DNA of 64,000 nt from a virus (lineage: Duplodnaviria; Heunggongvirae; Uroviricota; Caudoviricetes): the IMG/VR virus record IMGVR_UViG_3300046008_000242, positions 32,001-96,000 of that record, one strand, 5' to 3'. Positions 19,510-30,800 of this stretch are shown piece by piece. The notes under the pieces are model-generated. The model was not told the origin of the DNA and ran no database searches. It saw only the letters and a program-made list of their open reading frames with translations. Both the position numbers and the translations under genes were made by a program. How positions within the stretch are numbered: position 1 is the first letter of the stretch; each line of letters begins with the position of its first letter.

Positions 19510-21585
19510 CTAATAACAGGCGGAGCGAAAACCAACATAGCCGTAGCCATACGAACGATAGTAGTCCCAGCGACGATAGAAGACTCCATCAGAAGTGGAG
19601 CCGTCCCAACTACCAGAAGCCACCGGAAATTGATTAGCTATTGTATAATGGTAATGGTAATCTGAGCCAAATAAATTGGTGCCACCAGCACTTTCGCCAG
19701 TAGACAATGGATATCCTGCACATGTTTTTAGATAATTGGTTTTTGACGCGGAAGCTGTTGCGTTACTTGTACTTATATCAGATGAAAATACTTGATTTGT
19801 TCCATTACCAAAAAGTAATCCAGATCCAGTTGGTGAAGACATAAATCCACTAATCAACTCATAATTGTTGGCTAATCCTGTTGCATTACCCCAAGCATCT
19901 GTTGACCCATTCCAACCTCCAGTTAAGTTGGCTAATGATGCGGAATGTTTTAATACATATTGGTCACCATTAGCAATATTTGATGTATCTGTCGAGGATG
20001 TACCTGCTGCAGTAATACCTAATACCGCTTGATAGATACAACCATTCAAATCGGCAACCCCGCACGATTGTCCATTATGAGTGGTCTTTGCGAATGGAGA
20101 TCCGCTTCCTGTATTCGGTTTATTGGTGGCAGATTCACCTGTTGCTTGCGTATAGATAACCGTCGTATCATTTGTGTCGCGTAATGCATTATTGTTACAA
20201 CCCTTTGGGAAATTGTATGTTGCATCGTACCAAGCACAATATGTCGTTGTTGTGCTTGCCTGCGCATGAGCCAAAGAAAGCATCGCCAATGCGTTGTACA
20301 TGAATATAGACGCAACATTGAATACACCAACACCTCTGGATCTAGATAATACCACAGCATCTGCCAAAATACCAGTGCATCCCGTCATTGCGCTCGAATT
20401 GACATACGATGCAGATGTTGTCAAAGAAATAGGAGCTACATTGGCAACTGATTTACAAGAAGTGGCACCATTTTTACTTGCCAGATACTTGTCGATGAAG
20501 AACCCAGATTTTGTTGCACCACCATCAACGAATGCTCTATGTAGGGCAAATCCTGCAGTATTGGCAGCTGCTTCAGTTGAATATGTGTCGGCTGAAACAA
20601 TATCAATTGCATTGTTCCCATAAGTTGCGTACCGAGTCGACGAAGTGGATCCAATTCTATAATAGAATTTTGGTATCCAACACATAATTGAACCGTCTGA
20701 ATACGTATAATTACCAAAATTGGAAGATGTTGGATCCGCCGACCCAGTTAATGCACTCATACCTGATGGTAATGTAGTTGGATAAGCAGCTACACCAAAT
20801 CCTTGAGATCCTGGAATAAAATTATCTGTAACACATAATACCGAAATAGTTACAGGCGAACTGACATTACCTAGACTATCGATGGCAACAACCGTGAACG
20901 ATAATGTGGCTTGAGAACCTAATGCAGGAGCAGTAAATGTAATAGATTCATTTAATATGATACCCGATGTCTTGCTGAATCCAGAATACTGACTACCACC
21001 AGTTGTCGGAGTAATGGTAAAGGTAATAGGTGTATTTCCTTCAACATCCGTTACTCCAGAAAATACAATGGTATTATTTGTTGTATTTTGCATGGTTTTC
21101 CATGTAGAAGAGCTTGCTCCATTTATGGTTACATTAGATGTAGAAAACGATGGAGCAGTATTGGATGTTGTATTGGCTGTCTTAGAAACTGTTCTGGATT
21201 TATTACCAAGAGAATCAACTGCGATGATAGAAATCGCAATATTACTTGATGCAATGTTGGCCGGAGCAGTCAACGTGACAGTTGCTGAATTGGATGTTGC
21301 TGTTACATTACTGGTGATCCCATTATACGTAACAATGAAACGGTTAATAGAACCGCCAGACAATGATGACGCGGATGAAACTGTGAATGAGAATGGAGTA
21401 TTGACTGCATATCCTGTTCCTAAGATATAAGATGGAGCAGATAACACCAATACAGATTCATCCCAGACTCCATCACCTCTCAATGTTTTTGTTATATCTG
21501 GAGTGCCTGTTCCCAGTTTAGACGTTGGAACAATACCTACGATAGCGTTTGGATCTAAATTTGATATTTGTCTTGCTTTAGACAT
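19510..21585 (-). CDS. DGR target: receptor-binding/tail fibre protein with Ig-like domains and C-terminal CLec (FGE-type) fold
   Basis: MSKAR N-terminus, two A.DSLGN Ig-like units, FIDKY, G.ADL.G, GSW...VGFR C-terminus. Confidence 0.92.
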   Translation of the reverse strand: MSKARQISNLDPNAIVGIVPTSKLGTGTPDITKTLRGDGVWDESVLVLSAPSYILGTGYAVNTPFSFTVSSASSLSGGSINRFIVTYNGITSNVTATSNSATVTLTAPANIASSNIAISIIAVDSLGNKSRTVSKTANTTSNTAPSFSTSNVTINGASSSTWKTMQNTTNNTIVFSGVTDVEGNTPITFTITPTTGGSQYSGFSKTSGIILNESITFTAPALGSQATLSFTVVAIDSLGNVSSPVTISVLCVTDNFIPGSQGFGVAAYPTTLPSGMSALTGSADPTSSNFGNYTYSDGSIMCWIPKFYYRIGSTSSTRYATYGNNAIDIVSADTYSTEAAANTAGFALHRAFVDGGATKSGFFIDKYLASKNGATSCKSVANVAPISLTTSASYVNSSAMTGCTGILADAVVLSRSRGVGVFNVASIFMYNALAMLSLAHAQASTTTTYCAWYDATYNFPKGCNNNALRDTNDTTVIYTQATGESATNKPNTGSGSPFAKTTHNGQSCGVADLNGCIYQAVLGITAAGTSSTDTSNIANGDQYVLKHSASLANLTGGWNGSTDAWGNATGLANNYELISGFMSSPTGSGLLFGNGTNQVFSSDISTSNATASASKTNYLKTCAGYPLSTGESAGGTNLFGSDYHYHYTIANQFPVASGSWDGSTSDGVFYRRWDYYRSYGYGYVGFRSACY
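19516..19629 (-). repeat. DGR variable repeat (VR)
   Basis: Encodes FPVASGSWDGSTSDGVFYRRWDYYRSYGYGYVGFRSAC; 21 mismatches to TR, all at TR adenines. Confidence 0.96.
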
Positions 21586-21599
21586 TATATTTCCTTATG

Positions 21600-21914
21600 T
21601 TATTTGGTTAATGTAACAACACCTGTTGGAGTCACATAATCAATGTTGGCATCTGCTGCAGTCAATGAGTTTACCCCATTACCTTTAACTAATCCATTGA
21701 TGATACCGATTGGAGTTTGATACGCATTGGATGCCGTATAGGCGGCGGAACCTAATGTCCCACCACCACCTATATTCAACGTAGAGTTATCGGTTCCAGA
21801 TAAAGAGATGGAATTATTAACTGTTAATGTTTTGGATGTTGTCCCAGATGAAATAGAAAATCCAGTAGCCAATGACGTTAAGAATTTACCTATTGATTTT
21901 GCTTTACTAGCCAT
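21600..21914 (-). CDS. Short or truncated tail-fibre module
   Basis: MASKAK start; GTLGSAAY and GLVKGNG...DYVTP fibre motifs shared with 25417-26961. Confidence 0.6.
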   Translation of the reverse strand: MASKAKSIGKFLTSLATGFSISSGTTSKTLTVNNSISLSGTDNSTLNIGGGGTLGSAAYTASNAYQTPIGIINGLVKGNGVNSLTAADANIDYVTPTGVVTLTK

Positions 21915-22044
21915 ATATGATTGTCCTAATATTAGAATCATAAAGATTTATTAATTGTATTATGTTTATTTACATGTTTTAATGGTGTTGTAGTTCATAA
22001 AGAATGTATTAAGATAATTTTTCATCGTATGGTGGTTACAAAAT

Positions 22045-22455
22045 TTACCATGAAATGACAAAACTCCTGTTTTCTATGGGGATTGAATAACGTCTAGTTT
22101 CAATTGGGACAACATAACGGCGCAAATCGGACGGTAAAAAATCAGAAGTGAAGTAACTTACAACTACATTAACCCCAATCACCCTTTCAAGTGAAAAGAT
22201 TTGCGTTGGGTCAGCAAGTAACGCATTCGTTTCTGCAATCGACAAAACTCTGTTAAAAACAAAGTTCCAATATTGCTTACCGTTTAAGGTTGTAGACCCT
22301 ATTCCAGTCGAAATAACAGTCGTGTTTATGCCGTACTGTAATTTGTTGGAAACACAATCAAAGAAAGCGTTTCCAACTGGAATTATTGCAGACGTTAGTC
22401 CCCTTGTTATTGGGTTTTGCCAAGCTATTCTTTTACCACTCGTTGCTGTATTCAT
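22045..22455 (-). CDS. Hypothetical tail-associated protein
   Basis: 136 aa; VFNRVLS..E resembles the end of a LamG-like domain. Confidence 0.5.
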   Translation of the reverse strand: MNTATSGKRIAWQNPITRGLTSAIIPVGNAFFDCVSNKLQYGINTTVISTGIGSTTLNGKQYWNFVFNRVLSIAETNALLADPTQIFSLERVIGVNVVVSYFTSDFLPSDLRRYVVPIETRRYSIPIENRSFVISW

Positions 22456-22501
22456 TTGAGAGCTTTCATATTTTCACTTAACAAGAATCTCACCCTAAAT
22501 C

Positions 22502-24335
22502 CTACCGAGTGCTTAGAGTTATCTTAGGGATAGAGCCACCCACAACCCCACTATTTACCACAATCGACAATACATCTCCTTCATCAAAAACAATTCCGCG
22601 CGTTTCATTTGTAAAGAAACTTCCTGAGCCGACAGATGTCACGACATTGTTTGCCCAAGTGAGCGTAGCAAATGTAGTCCCGTTTCTTTTTAAATCCACT
22701 GTTCCACCTGTAGTTGGTGCAGTTGCAGATACCCCTGTGATTACGCCAACTACACAGAAGTTCGTAATTGCGTGGTTAATGGTTTGAGCAGAAAAGTCTA
22801 TATTTGAAAATGTCTTAGAAAAGTTCAAGTCTTGGTCGTTTTTCTGCGTCGCTGGTCTTGGTCTATAGAAAGCCACTTCTTGAGAAATCGAAGTTATAAA
22901 CGGATAACCCGCTGGCATGGATAGTATGCGAATGTTGTTACCGAAATTAGTTGGATTGCAGCTTGTTAACTTGAATGCCACAGTTCCATTATCAAAGTAT
23001 TCGCCCTGAGAGCCGCTAGTGTATTCAAGCGTTCCGTACTGGATACAAATATCATTTGTTGCAATTATATTATCGTAAGCTGATGCTACTACCCCTTCCT
23101 TAGTAGAAATATCCAAGTAAGAACCCTTCGCAGATGCAACTCTCACCCCTCTCAAAATTAAATTATATTTCGAGGCATCTTCAACAATTCTGGGGTATAA
23201 CAAGTACGGTGCTGTTGAGGGTGCTGAATTGGCAACACTTATAGCAGATTGACTTAACTTGCTAACAAACTTTTGCGTGGCTGGATGAATAGAAGGGACG
23301 CTTTCATAGTCACCAAGTAACAGAAGTAAGTTGTTTAAGAGTGTTCTCGACCCAACAACAGTCGGGTGCAAACAATCGCCCATGTACGACGTAACAACGC
23401 TTGGACATTTTTCAGGGTAAATTGCAGTGTCACCCCTTGTGTGTCAAAAACATAGCAGTTTGAAAACTTATTCTTTAGATTTCTATATGCTAATCGCAGA
23501 CTATCTGAACGCGCTTGACACTGAGCTAAAGTAGTACCAGCCCCTAAATAAGTTGTTACTGTTGCTGAGTCTAAGCACAAATGATTTGGCATCAGCAAGA
23601 TGATGTCTACCTTAGGTAATCTTTGCTTTAACGCTTGAATCGTATTGGCGATTGTTATTTCTAGCCGCGCTTGAGTAGTATTACCAAGTCTAACGTCATT
23701 GATTCCATAACCATAAACAATCAAATCTGGACTAAATTCAACAACTCGTTCAAACCCTGTATTTGTATTTGCTACACCTATCGAATCGAAAAACCCACTA
23801 GCACTTTGTCCATTGCCCCAAAACGCTCCGTTGGTAACTTTGTACATAGGGGTGGACGGAAATCTAGCCACAGAATTTTCATATCTATTGAAAGACATGG
23901 TTATAGTCAATCCAGTTCCATCCGTTAGGGTTGGGTTGATATAAGTAAGGTTTGTAACTGTCAGTGTAGTGGGTGATGGTGTTGAGCTGACAACATAATA
24001 AGAGTTAAGGGTGAACCCATTAACAGCTTGATTGACATACACTATTGTGCCTACTCTAGCGTTATGTGGAGTGATAGATGTCAATAACCCATTTGAGATA
24101 CTCGTTATGATTATACTATCTGGGGTATCTACGGTTACGTTTGTTTGGTCGCGTGTATCTAAGTCATTGATGCAGCGATTCATCGTCACTGAATCACCAA
24201 TCCACGCAATTTTTCTAGGTGTGTTGTTAGGAATTGCCAAGTATCGCTTTAACGCTATTTTGTAGTCATTAGATGGGTCGTCAGAAGTATTGCGAAGTGC
24301 TTTTAATGTCGCTATGTTTATCAAGGATTTATTCA
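22502..24335 (-). CDS. SGNH/GDSL hydrolase-containing protein, split by a 1-nt frameshift at ~23433-23436
   Basis: IAWIGDS and PDLIVYGYGIND in the upstream ORF; catalytic DCLHP in the downstream ORF; one extra G restores Q-G-G-D-T-A-I-Y-P...M-G-D-C-L-H-P. Confidence 0.8.
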
Positions 24336-24665
24336 TTACACTTTCACCCAATTGCTAACTGAGGTTAAATTTCCGTTTGTCCAAGTGAACGTCTGCGTGT
24401 AAGTATTTCCGTTGCTATCCACAAAAGTATCTGTAGCCATATTGCCTGACGCATCGTAAGTAAAGCTATGTGCGGCGATTCCAGTAGGGTCAATAAGCAA
24501 ACCGTCCGAAGCTACAACAGCATCTTCTCCACTCACAATTCTTTGCGTTGATACTGTTCCTGACGTTAAAGCCACACCTAAATCATTTTTTAAGATTAGC
24601 TTAGTGTAAGCTGGAACAAATCCTGTTGATGTTAAGGGTGTTTGAATTAACTGTGATGCACTCAT
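24336..24665 (-). CDS. Small beta-rich protein with YD-like C-terminus (paralog family)
   Basis: HSFTYDASGNMATDTFVDSNGNTYTQTFTWTNG shared with the ORFs at 63017 and 63382. Confidence 0.8.
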   Translation of the reverse strand: MSASQLIQTPLTSTGFVPAYTKLILKNDLGVALTSGTVSTQRIVSGEDAVVASDGLLIDPTGIAAHSFTYDASGNMATDTFVDSNGNTYTQTFTWTNGNLTSVSNWVKV

Positions 24666-24689
24666 TTAATTTCCATGTCGCTTAAAAGA

Positions 24690-25016
24690 TTATGTTGTTC
24701 GGTATTTAGCTATTTTGAAATAGCCTAAAATTTGAATCGGAATAAAAAGCAACGCACAACCAATAATGGCGACGGCGCTTGTTGTGAAAAGGTTGTCTGT
24801 TGTATCAATGTCATCATCATTCCACCAGGTTTCACGGCAATGATGCTTTTCAATCGGTGCAAATGTTGCGTCGATAATTTCTTGAATCAATCGCCATTCT
24901 TTGCGTGAGAACGCCATATAACCAACGTGACCGCTGATTGTGACATCGACTTCACCACCAGCGATTGTATTGAAAAACTGGTCGATTGAAATTAAAAGAT
25001 TAAGCCAGAATTTCAT
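24690..25016 (-). CDS. Hypothetical membrane protein
   Basis: LLISIDQFFNTI.GG..D.TIS..., HC motif and hydrophobic C-terminus. Confidence 0.7.
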   Translation of the reverse strand: MKFWLNLLISIDQFFNTIAGGEVDVTISGHVGYMAFSRKEWRLIQEIIDATFAPIEKHHCRETWWNDDDIDTTDNLFTTSAVAIIGCALLFIPIQILGYFKIAKYRTT

Positions 25017-25414
25017 AACACCAACGCATCACTAAAAAACAAATCCATATCTGAATCTGTCATTGATAACGCAGTTTGCAATGCTGAAACCAATGGATTA
25101 CTACGTTGAACTTCGGTGGCATATTCCCATTCGATTTGCGCGGCTTGTGACATCGTTGAAATTTGAGTATTAACCGCATCAAGTAAATCCATTGCTAAAA
25201 GTTGCAGCCGCGCTTGACGCATTGAAATTACAGTGATTACAGGAGATTCGATAATTTTCTTTGTAACAACGCCATTTTCATAATAATCACCAATTACCCC
25301 GCCTGTTAAATCTGCATCGGCAACAATGTAATCAGGAAACGCCTCCAGCACTTCTTCTACTGCTGATAAAACTGTATTTACAATAATGCCGTTTTCAATA
25401 ATATGTGTTTTCAT
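25013..25414 (-). CDS. Putative tail fibre assembly protein
   Basis: ISMRQARLQL...IEWEYA..V.R..PLV motif; follows the fibre gene. Confidence 0.65.
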   Translation of the reverse strand: MKTHIIENGIIVNTVLSAVEEVLEAFPDYIVADADLTGGVIGDYYENGVVTKKIIESPVITVISMRQARLQLLAMDLLDAVNTQISTMSQAAQIEWEYATEVQRSNPLVSALQTALSMTDSDMDLFFSDALVL

Positions 25415-25416
25415 TT

Positions 25417-26961
25417 TTAATACTCGATTATGATTAGACCTTGACCGCCGTTTTCACCTGCGGATACATTATTTCTCGATGCACCACCCCTCCCATAATA
25501 TGAGAATGGGATACCTGCCAAACCACCTACCGAATAAATAGAATTATCTAATAATCCAATACCCCCACTGAGATTAAGAATGTTACCGCCAGCCCCGACA
25601 CCGCCAGAACCAAGCCCATAAGTTGCACCTCCACCACCCGTTGCAGTAAGAGAGCTGAAAGTAGTTGTGCCGCCATCATTACCTGGTGAATTATTAAAAG
25701 CAGCAATACCAACTCCGCCTATGCCGATAACATACGGTATGACACTTCCAGGTGTAACGCTTAATATCGACACACTTACCCCTGCTCCAGCCCCACCTCG
25801 TTTATCTGGGTAGCTTGATGACTCTGACCTCGAACCACCGCCACCACCACCGCCTACGCAAGTTACTTTTATTTTAGTTACGTCAGCAGGTACTGTCCAT
25901 GACGTACCAGAAGTAAGTAAAACAACGGTTGGTGATGCTGAAATTGTAATATCTCCACTTCCCAACAGATGAACGCCGTTTATCGTTTTAATGGAAGTAC
26001 CAGAAACAAGAGGGGTTTGGTAATCCGTACCTGGAGCAGCTACTGAAAATGCCCCTGTGCCGTTTCCTTTTACTAGACCTGTTAATGTGCCTGCTCCTGT
26101 TCCACCTTTATTAACAGGCAGTGTTGTAAAGGTAGGTTCTTTTGTGTTGTCTACAATTGTGATATTAGCCGACCCGTTGAACGAAACACCGTTAATGTTT
26201 CTTGGCGTAGCCAATGTAGTGGCGGTTGCAACATTTCCCGACGGCGTAACGTAATCCGTCCCTGGTACAGCTATCGTAAGTGCGCCAGTTGTAGTTGTAT
26301 TTTTTAAAAGTCCTGTTGCTAAATTTGATGTTACGGGTGCGGATATATTTCCCGAACCTAAAATTGATTCACCATTGATTGTTTTGATATTTGTACCGGA
26401 AACTAGATTGTCTTGTTTATTGGATAGTAAAAAATCAGATTGAGATATAGAATACGTATTGGCTACATCAAATGTTGATGTATATACAATTTCTATATTA
26501 TCACCCACTGCTGCTCCAGAAGATAAAATGACGCTTGTTCCATTATCCGCAGAATAATCTAATACGTTTAATAATTTAACACCATTAAGATATACATCTA
26601 CAACAGAACTTCCGTAAGCAACATTGAATGTTGTTTGACCAGATGTTGCCGTGAAAATGAATCGTTGGATGGCATTATTTTTCCAAGAACCATCACCACT
26701 TAGATATTTGGATGAATCTGGGGTTCCAGTTCCCAATTTAGATAACGCAATGTTACCAGATAGAGCCAGACTGTCTAATAGAACCCAAGAACCATCGCCC
26801 CGTAAGAATTTAGTGGTATCAGCATCACCGGAACCTAATCTAGAAACATTAACTAATCCAGTTGAGATGTTTGATGCATTAAGATTAGATACACCCGACC
26901 CGTCGCCTAATAAGAAGGAACTAGAATTACCAAGTTTTTTGGTATTTCGTATTGAAGACAT
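25417..26961 (-). CDS. Tail fibre protein with Gly-rich C-terminal domain
   Basis: FLRGDGSW x2, AT.GQT.F, IKTING..LGSG.I x2, PRNINGVSFNGSANI, SWTVP...GGGGGG. Confidence 0.88.
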   Translation of the reverse strand: MSSIRNTKKLGNSSSFLLGDGSGVSNLNASNISTGLVNVSRLGSGDADTTKFLRGDGSWVLLDSLALSGNIALSKLGTGTPDSSKYLSGDGSWKNNAIQRFIFTATSGQTTFNVAYGSSVVDVYLNGVKLLNVLDYSADNGTSVILSSGAAVGDNIEIVYTSTFDVANTYSISQSDFLLSNKQDNLVSGTNIKTINGESILGSGNISAPVTSNLATGLLKNTTTTGALTIAVPGTDYVTPSGNVATATTLATPRNINGVSFNGSANITIVDNTKEPTFTTLPVNKGGTGAGTLTGLVKGNGTGAFSVAAPGTDYQTPLVSGTSIKTINGVHLLGSGDITISASPTVVLLTSGTSWTVPADVTKIKVTCVGGGGGGGSRSESSSYPDKRGGAGAGVSVSILSVTPGSVIPYVIGIGGVGIAAFNNSPGNDGGTTTFSSLTATGGGGATYGLGSGGVGAGGNILNLSGGIGLLDNSIYSVGGLAGIPFSYYGRGGASRNNVSAGENGGQGLIIIEY

Positions 26962-26973
26962 GATTTATTCCCT

Positions 26974-27309
26974 CTATGCAGGCATTTCTAAAATGGATAA
27001 AATTGCGTCCAAAGAAGATACAGTGTTAGATCTAATCCTCAACGAATCTCCTGAAATTAGAACCAATTTTTGGTCACCACCAATAGGAATATCCGTTGAA
27101 CCAGTTGGTAAAGATGAATTTTTGAAAATATACGTATCCGTTGTTCCATCAAATAATGATAAATCTGCTAGGACAGTTCCTCCTGTTGTGTTTGAAATGG
27201 TCAAACCGATGACAGTGGTTGATGTATTAGGAGGTACGGTGTACGAACCGATTGGAGTAGTGGAAGTACCCACGTTCCGAGAAAGTTTTCTTGTGAATGT
27301 ATTAGCCAT
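26974..27309 (-). CDS. Small structural hypothetical protein
   Basis: 111 aa, YTVP..T...GDQKLVL..GD.L...S.LE pattern. Confidence 0.75.
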   Translation of the reverse strand: MANTFTRKLSRNVGTSTTPIGSYTVPPNTSTTVIGLTISNTTGGTVLADLSLFDGTTDTYIFKNSSLPTGSTDIPIGGDQKLVLISGDSLRIRSNTVSSLDAILSILEMPA

Positions 27310-27312
27310 TGT

Positions 27313-27516
27313 TTATCCTAATGCTATTGCGTAAATTACTGGATCTTGGATGTTTAAAGCAACTTGCGCCGCAGCTAATGTCGTTGCTCCCGTACCACCA
27401 TTAGAAATAGATACCGTCCCTTCCAATTTATCATTATTTAGATTTTGGAAATTTTGGTCAATTTCAGCATTGGTTAATGGAGATCCCTTCACTAATCTAT
27501 ATGTTAAAGAACTCAT
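27313..27516 (-). CDS. Small tail-fibre adaptor-like protein
   Basis: KGSPLTNAEIDQNF and GGTGATT motifs. Confidence 0.75.
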   Translation of the reverse strand: MSSLTYRLVKGSPLTNAEIDQNFQNLNNDKLEGTVSISNGGTGATTLAAAQVALNIQDPVIYAIALG

Positions 27517-27566
27517 ATGTTATTCCTTTTAAAATGTATACAATTATTTAACATTCAAATACAACA

Positions 27567-27773
27567 TCATAGTTTATTGATAATGGTATGGAGTAGAGAT
27601 TTTATATCAGTCATCTCAGATTGTAATAATGAGACATCTTGTTTCAGAGAATTGACAATTTCCATATTTTGTCTTTCTTTTTTGAATTTAATCATTTCTT
27701 GTACATCAGTTTTGACTATGGCATTGGAATGAGGATCTCGTAACAGAGAATCATCATTTTTAACTTTTAACAT
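27567..27773 (-). CDS. Small coiled-coil protein
   Basis: MLKVKNDDSLLRDPHSNAIV...; start 27773 preferred. Confidence 0.7.
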   Translation of the reverse strand: MLKVKNDDSLLRDPHSNAIVKTDVQEMIKFKKERQNMEIVNSLKQDVSLLQSEMTDIKSLLHTIINKL

Positions 27774-27826
27774 AAAATACCTATGGATAAAATGGGATGC
27801 AATTATTATGCATCCCATTAGATTTA

Positions 27827-30800
27827 TTAAGATGTTGCGATTGCTCTTAAATTTCTAACTCTAGGAACTTTCGCAGGATTATCCGAATACATGACAACTT
27901 TCACCGCAAACGATTTGAATGAATTGAATGTTGTATCTCCATATACGTAAGATACATTATCCAATTTATATTCATCAATAATAAAATCATCATTGTTCTT
28001 TGAGTAAGATTTTGTACCCGATAATGGAATTAACGTATAATCTTTACCCTTGAAATTAGAATAATCTTCATTGTTAATCATTTTGACATAAACTTCAATA
28101 TCAGTTCCATATTGTCTATTTACATCCAAGATTACTCTTATACCAGTTGCATCAAATCCTTCCGAAAGAGTGACCTTTTTGGTTACGTATTTGGATAACG
28201 CAGAACCATCTAATGGGTCAGTTTCCAATTTAATTAAATCCAATTTAGAATTAATCAGGTTATGGATAAACTTCGTATTCATTGTATGTTTCTGGATAAT
28301 CGGAGATACGTTTCTATCATGTGAAGATAAAATGGTTTTCAATTTAAACGCAGAAGCAGGTTTAGTTCTTTCCGTCAATAAAGTATCCGTGTTATTTTCA
28401 ACATCAACATAATCAATATAATTTCCAGTTAATGAAACAGAATACTTAGAAGAAGTCCCTGGAACAACATTTTCTGGAGAATTAAGATGGATTATATCAA
28501 CTTCAAAATTAGAATTGTTAGGTTTCATCTCAAGGATAACTTCTTGATTTGAATTTATATCGAATTCGCATTTGTATAATTTAAACATTAGATCTTTCAT
28601 CTGGTCTGCATTCCAAGTTCTAGCGTTTTGTGACATAAAGAACGAACCAACAGAACCATCTGGATTATTCTCTGAAATCAATTTACCATCTGAGACATCT
28701 ATTTGACCTAATTCTCCAACAAACACTCTATACTCCTTAGAAGTAGAACCGACAATGATAGAGTATTCTCCTGGAGCAAGATAAACAGGATCCGAGAAAT
28801 TAAACGGCGTTGGTGTTGGTGTTATGATTCCAACCAGAGAACTAGGTATATTAACATCCGAATTGTTTAACTCCACTCTAGAATAGGTTAATTTAGAATC
28901 AGATGACGGATAACCATTTATGGTTTTTCTCATTTCAATCCAAACAGGAATAGTTAGATCTGATGGTTTAGAGTAGAAGAAAATATCAGCCTTACTTAAA
29001 AACAAACCATTTGGAAATTGTTCTGGTGAAATATAGAATGTTTGAGCCACTGGATCCAATGAGAACGGTTTACCCAACGATGTTTTATAAGAACCAATTG
29101 TGGTCTTACCATTAACAACAGCGGAAATCTTAATATCAAAATCCCCATGGTATCCTTTAGATAACGTAACAGTTCCAGAATGTGTATTTCCAGAGAATGA
29201 ATTAACATCTAATGTAGCAGAACCTCTTGAAATTACATTACCAGCAGAAGGAACCGTAACGGATAAAGAAGTTGTTCCAGTGAATCCAGACGGTGATATT
29301 TTTACAGTGTATGGAATATGAAATTCATATTTGTACCCTAATGCCAATTGTTTCTTTTCGGCTGCAGAAATTTCAGAGAATGAAATACTTGGAGTGTATT
29401 CAATTTCTTTATCTTTGTTAAGAATGTTAATCGCTTGCGTCAATTTATTACCAGACGTTGTCGGAGAAACATTCACTGGAATAGTAACGGAACTAGAAGT
29501 GTTTGATTTAATGTTAGAACCATTCACAAATAACGTAATACTAGATCCTTTGTTAACAGAATAATTTGGAGTGAATTTAATTGATATTGTGGCGGAATAA
29601 TATTGACTACCAGAAGAACCACCGACACTGAACGACGGATTAGCTATATTTTTAAATTCAGTAGATACCCCAACAATTTGTACGGAAGTTACGTTGACTA
29701 CATTATCACCAACAGTCCAACCAAATGGTATAACAGTTCCAGATGGCAGATAATTTGTTTCCACTTTAAACGACACTTCTCCAGCAGTTTCAAATACATC
29801 AGATGTTTGTAATGCTGTAATGTTAATTGATGCTGGAGAAGGAGGTGCCTCTTTAACCACCAACGATTTACTAACATCACCAACAGAAAATAATGCAGAA
29901 GAACTGGTTAAGTTGGTAACATTATCATTGATTGCTTTAAATGATGCACTCCATGTATCAACAAATTCCGTTCTCTTTTTAGTGACTGTTCCACTATTAG
30001 AACCACCAACATATTCAACCAATTTTGAATTGTATTTCAACGTGGATAATTCGCCATCTTTTATTGTATCTGTTACAAGAACATTAAACGATTCACCTTC
30101 TACAACCTCATTAACAGTAAGTTCATATTGTTTAAACGATAGATTTCTATATGGGATAGAAGTGTTAATGAAATATGATGTTGAACTTGGGTTAGAAGAT
30201 AAGATACCTGGATCCAATGATTTACCACTAACGGTAACTGTATTAGATTCATTCAAAATCATTTTATCTAATGGGGTGTCGTTTACATAATAGAATGTTT
30301 TGGTTGAATTCCCTTTAGGTACAACATAATCAACAACACCTGGAGAGAGTACAGCACCAGAACCATCCGCATAACATGATTTTATATTGGCATTAGAAAC
30401 AAAGAATGTTAATCTCAAGACTCCACCAGCGTTAGCTACGTTAGATGTAGTCAATGTAATGGTTGAAACTTTTTTCAATGTACCATTACTCAATTTAGTA
30501 CCAACAGCGGTTGCTTGCGTATCCGAATCTGATGTGATAGAGAATGAACCCGTTTCAGTGGTCGATGAAGATACAGTTCTGTTAAATTCAGTAGATACGC
30601 CATTGAAATCTTTAAAGAAGAATCTAACTTCTTTAGATGCACCAGTTATATATCCAGCTGTAATTTTGTAATAGAATGGGAAAGAACGGTTTCCATCGGC
30701 ATCTACGAAATTTTGTAATTTAACAAATCCACTAGCGTCTACCGTCAACGTATTTTGAAATTTATCATAATATGTTATACCAGTTGAGATAACAGCATTT

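Larger units (their letters stand above)
17706..21585 (-). mobile_element. Diversity-generating retroelement (target/VR, hairpin, avd, TR, RT)
   Basis: All canonical components in BPP-1-like order; adenine-specific TR/VR mismatches. Confidence 0.97.
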
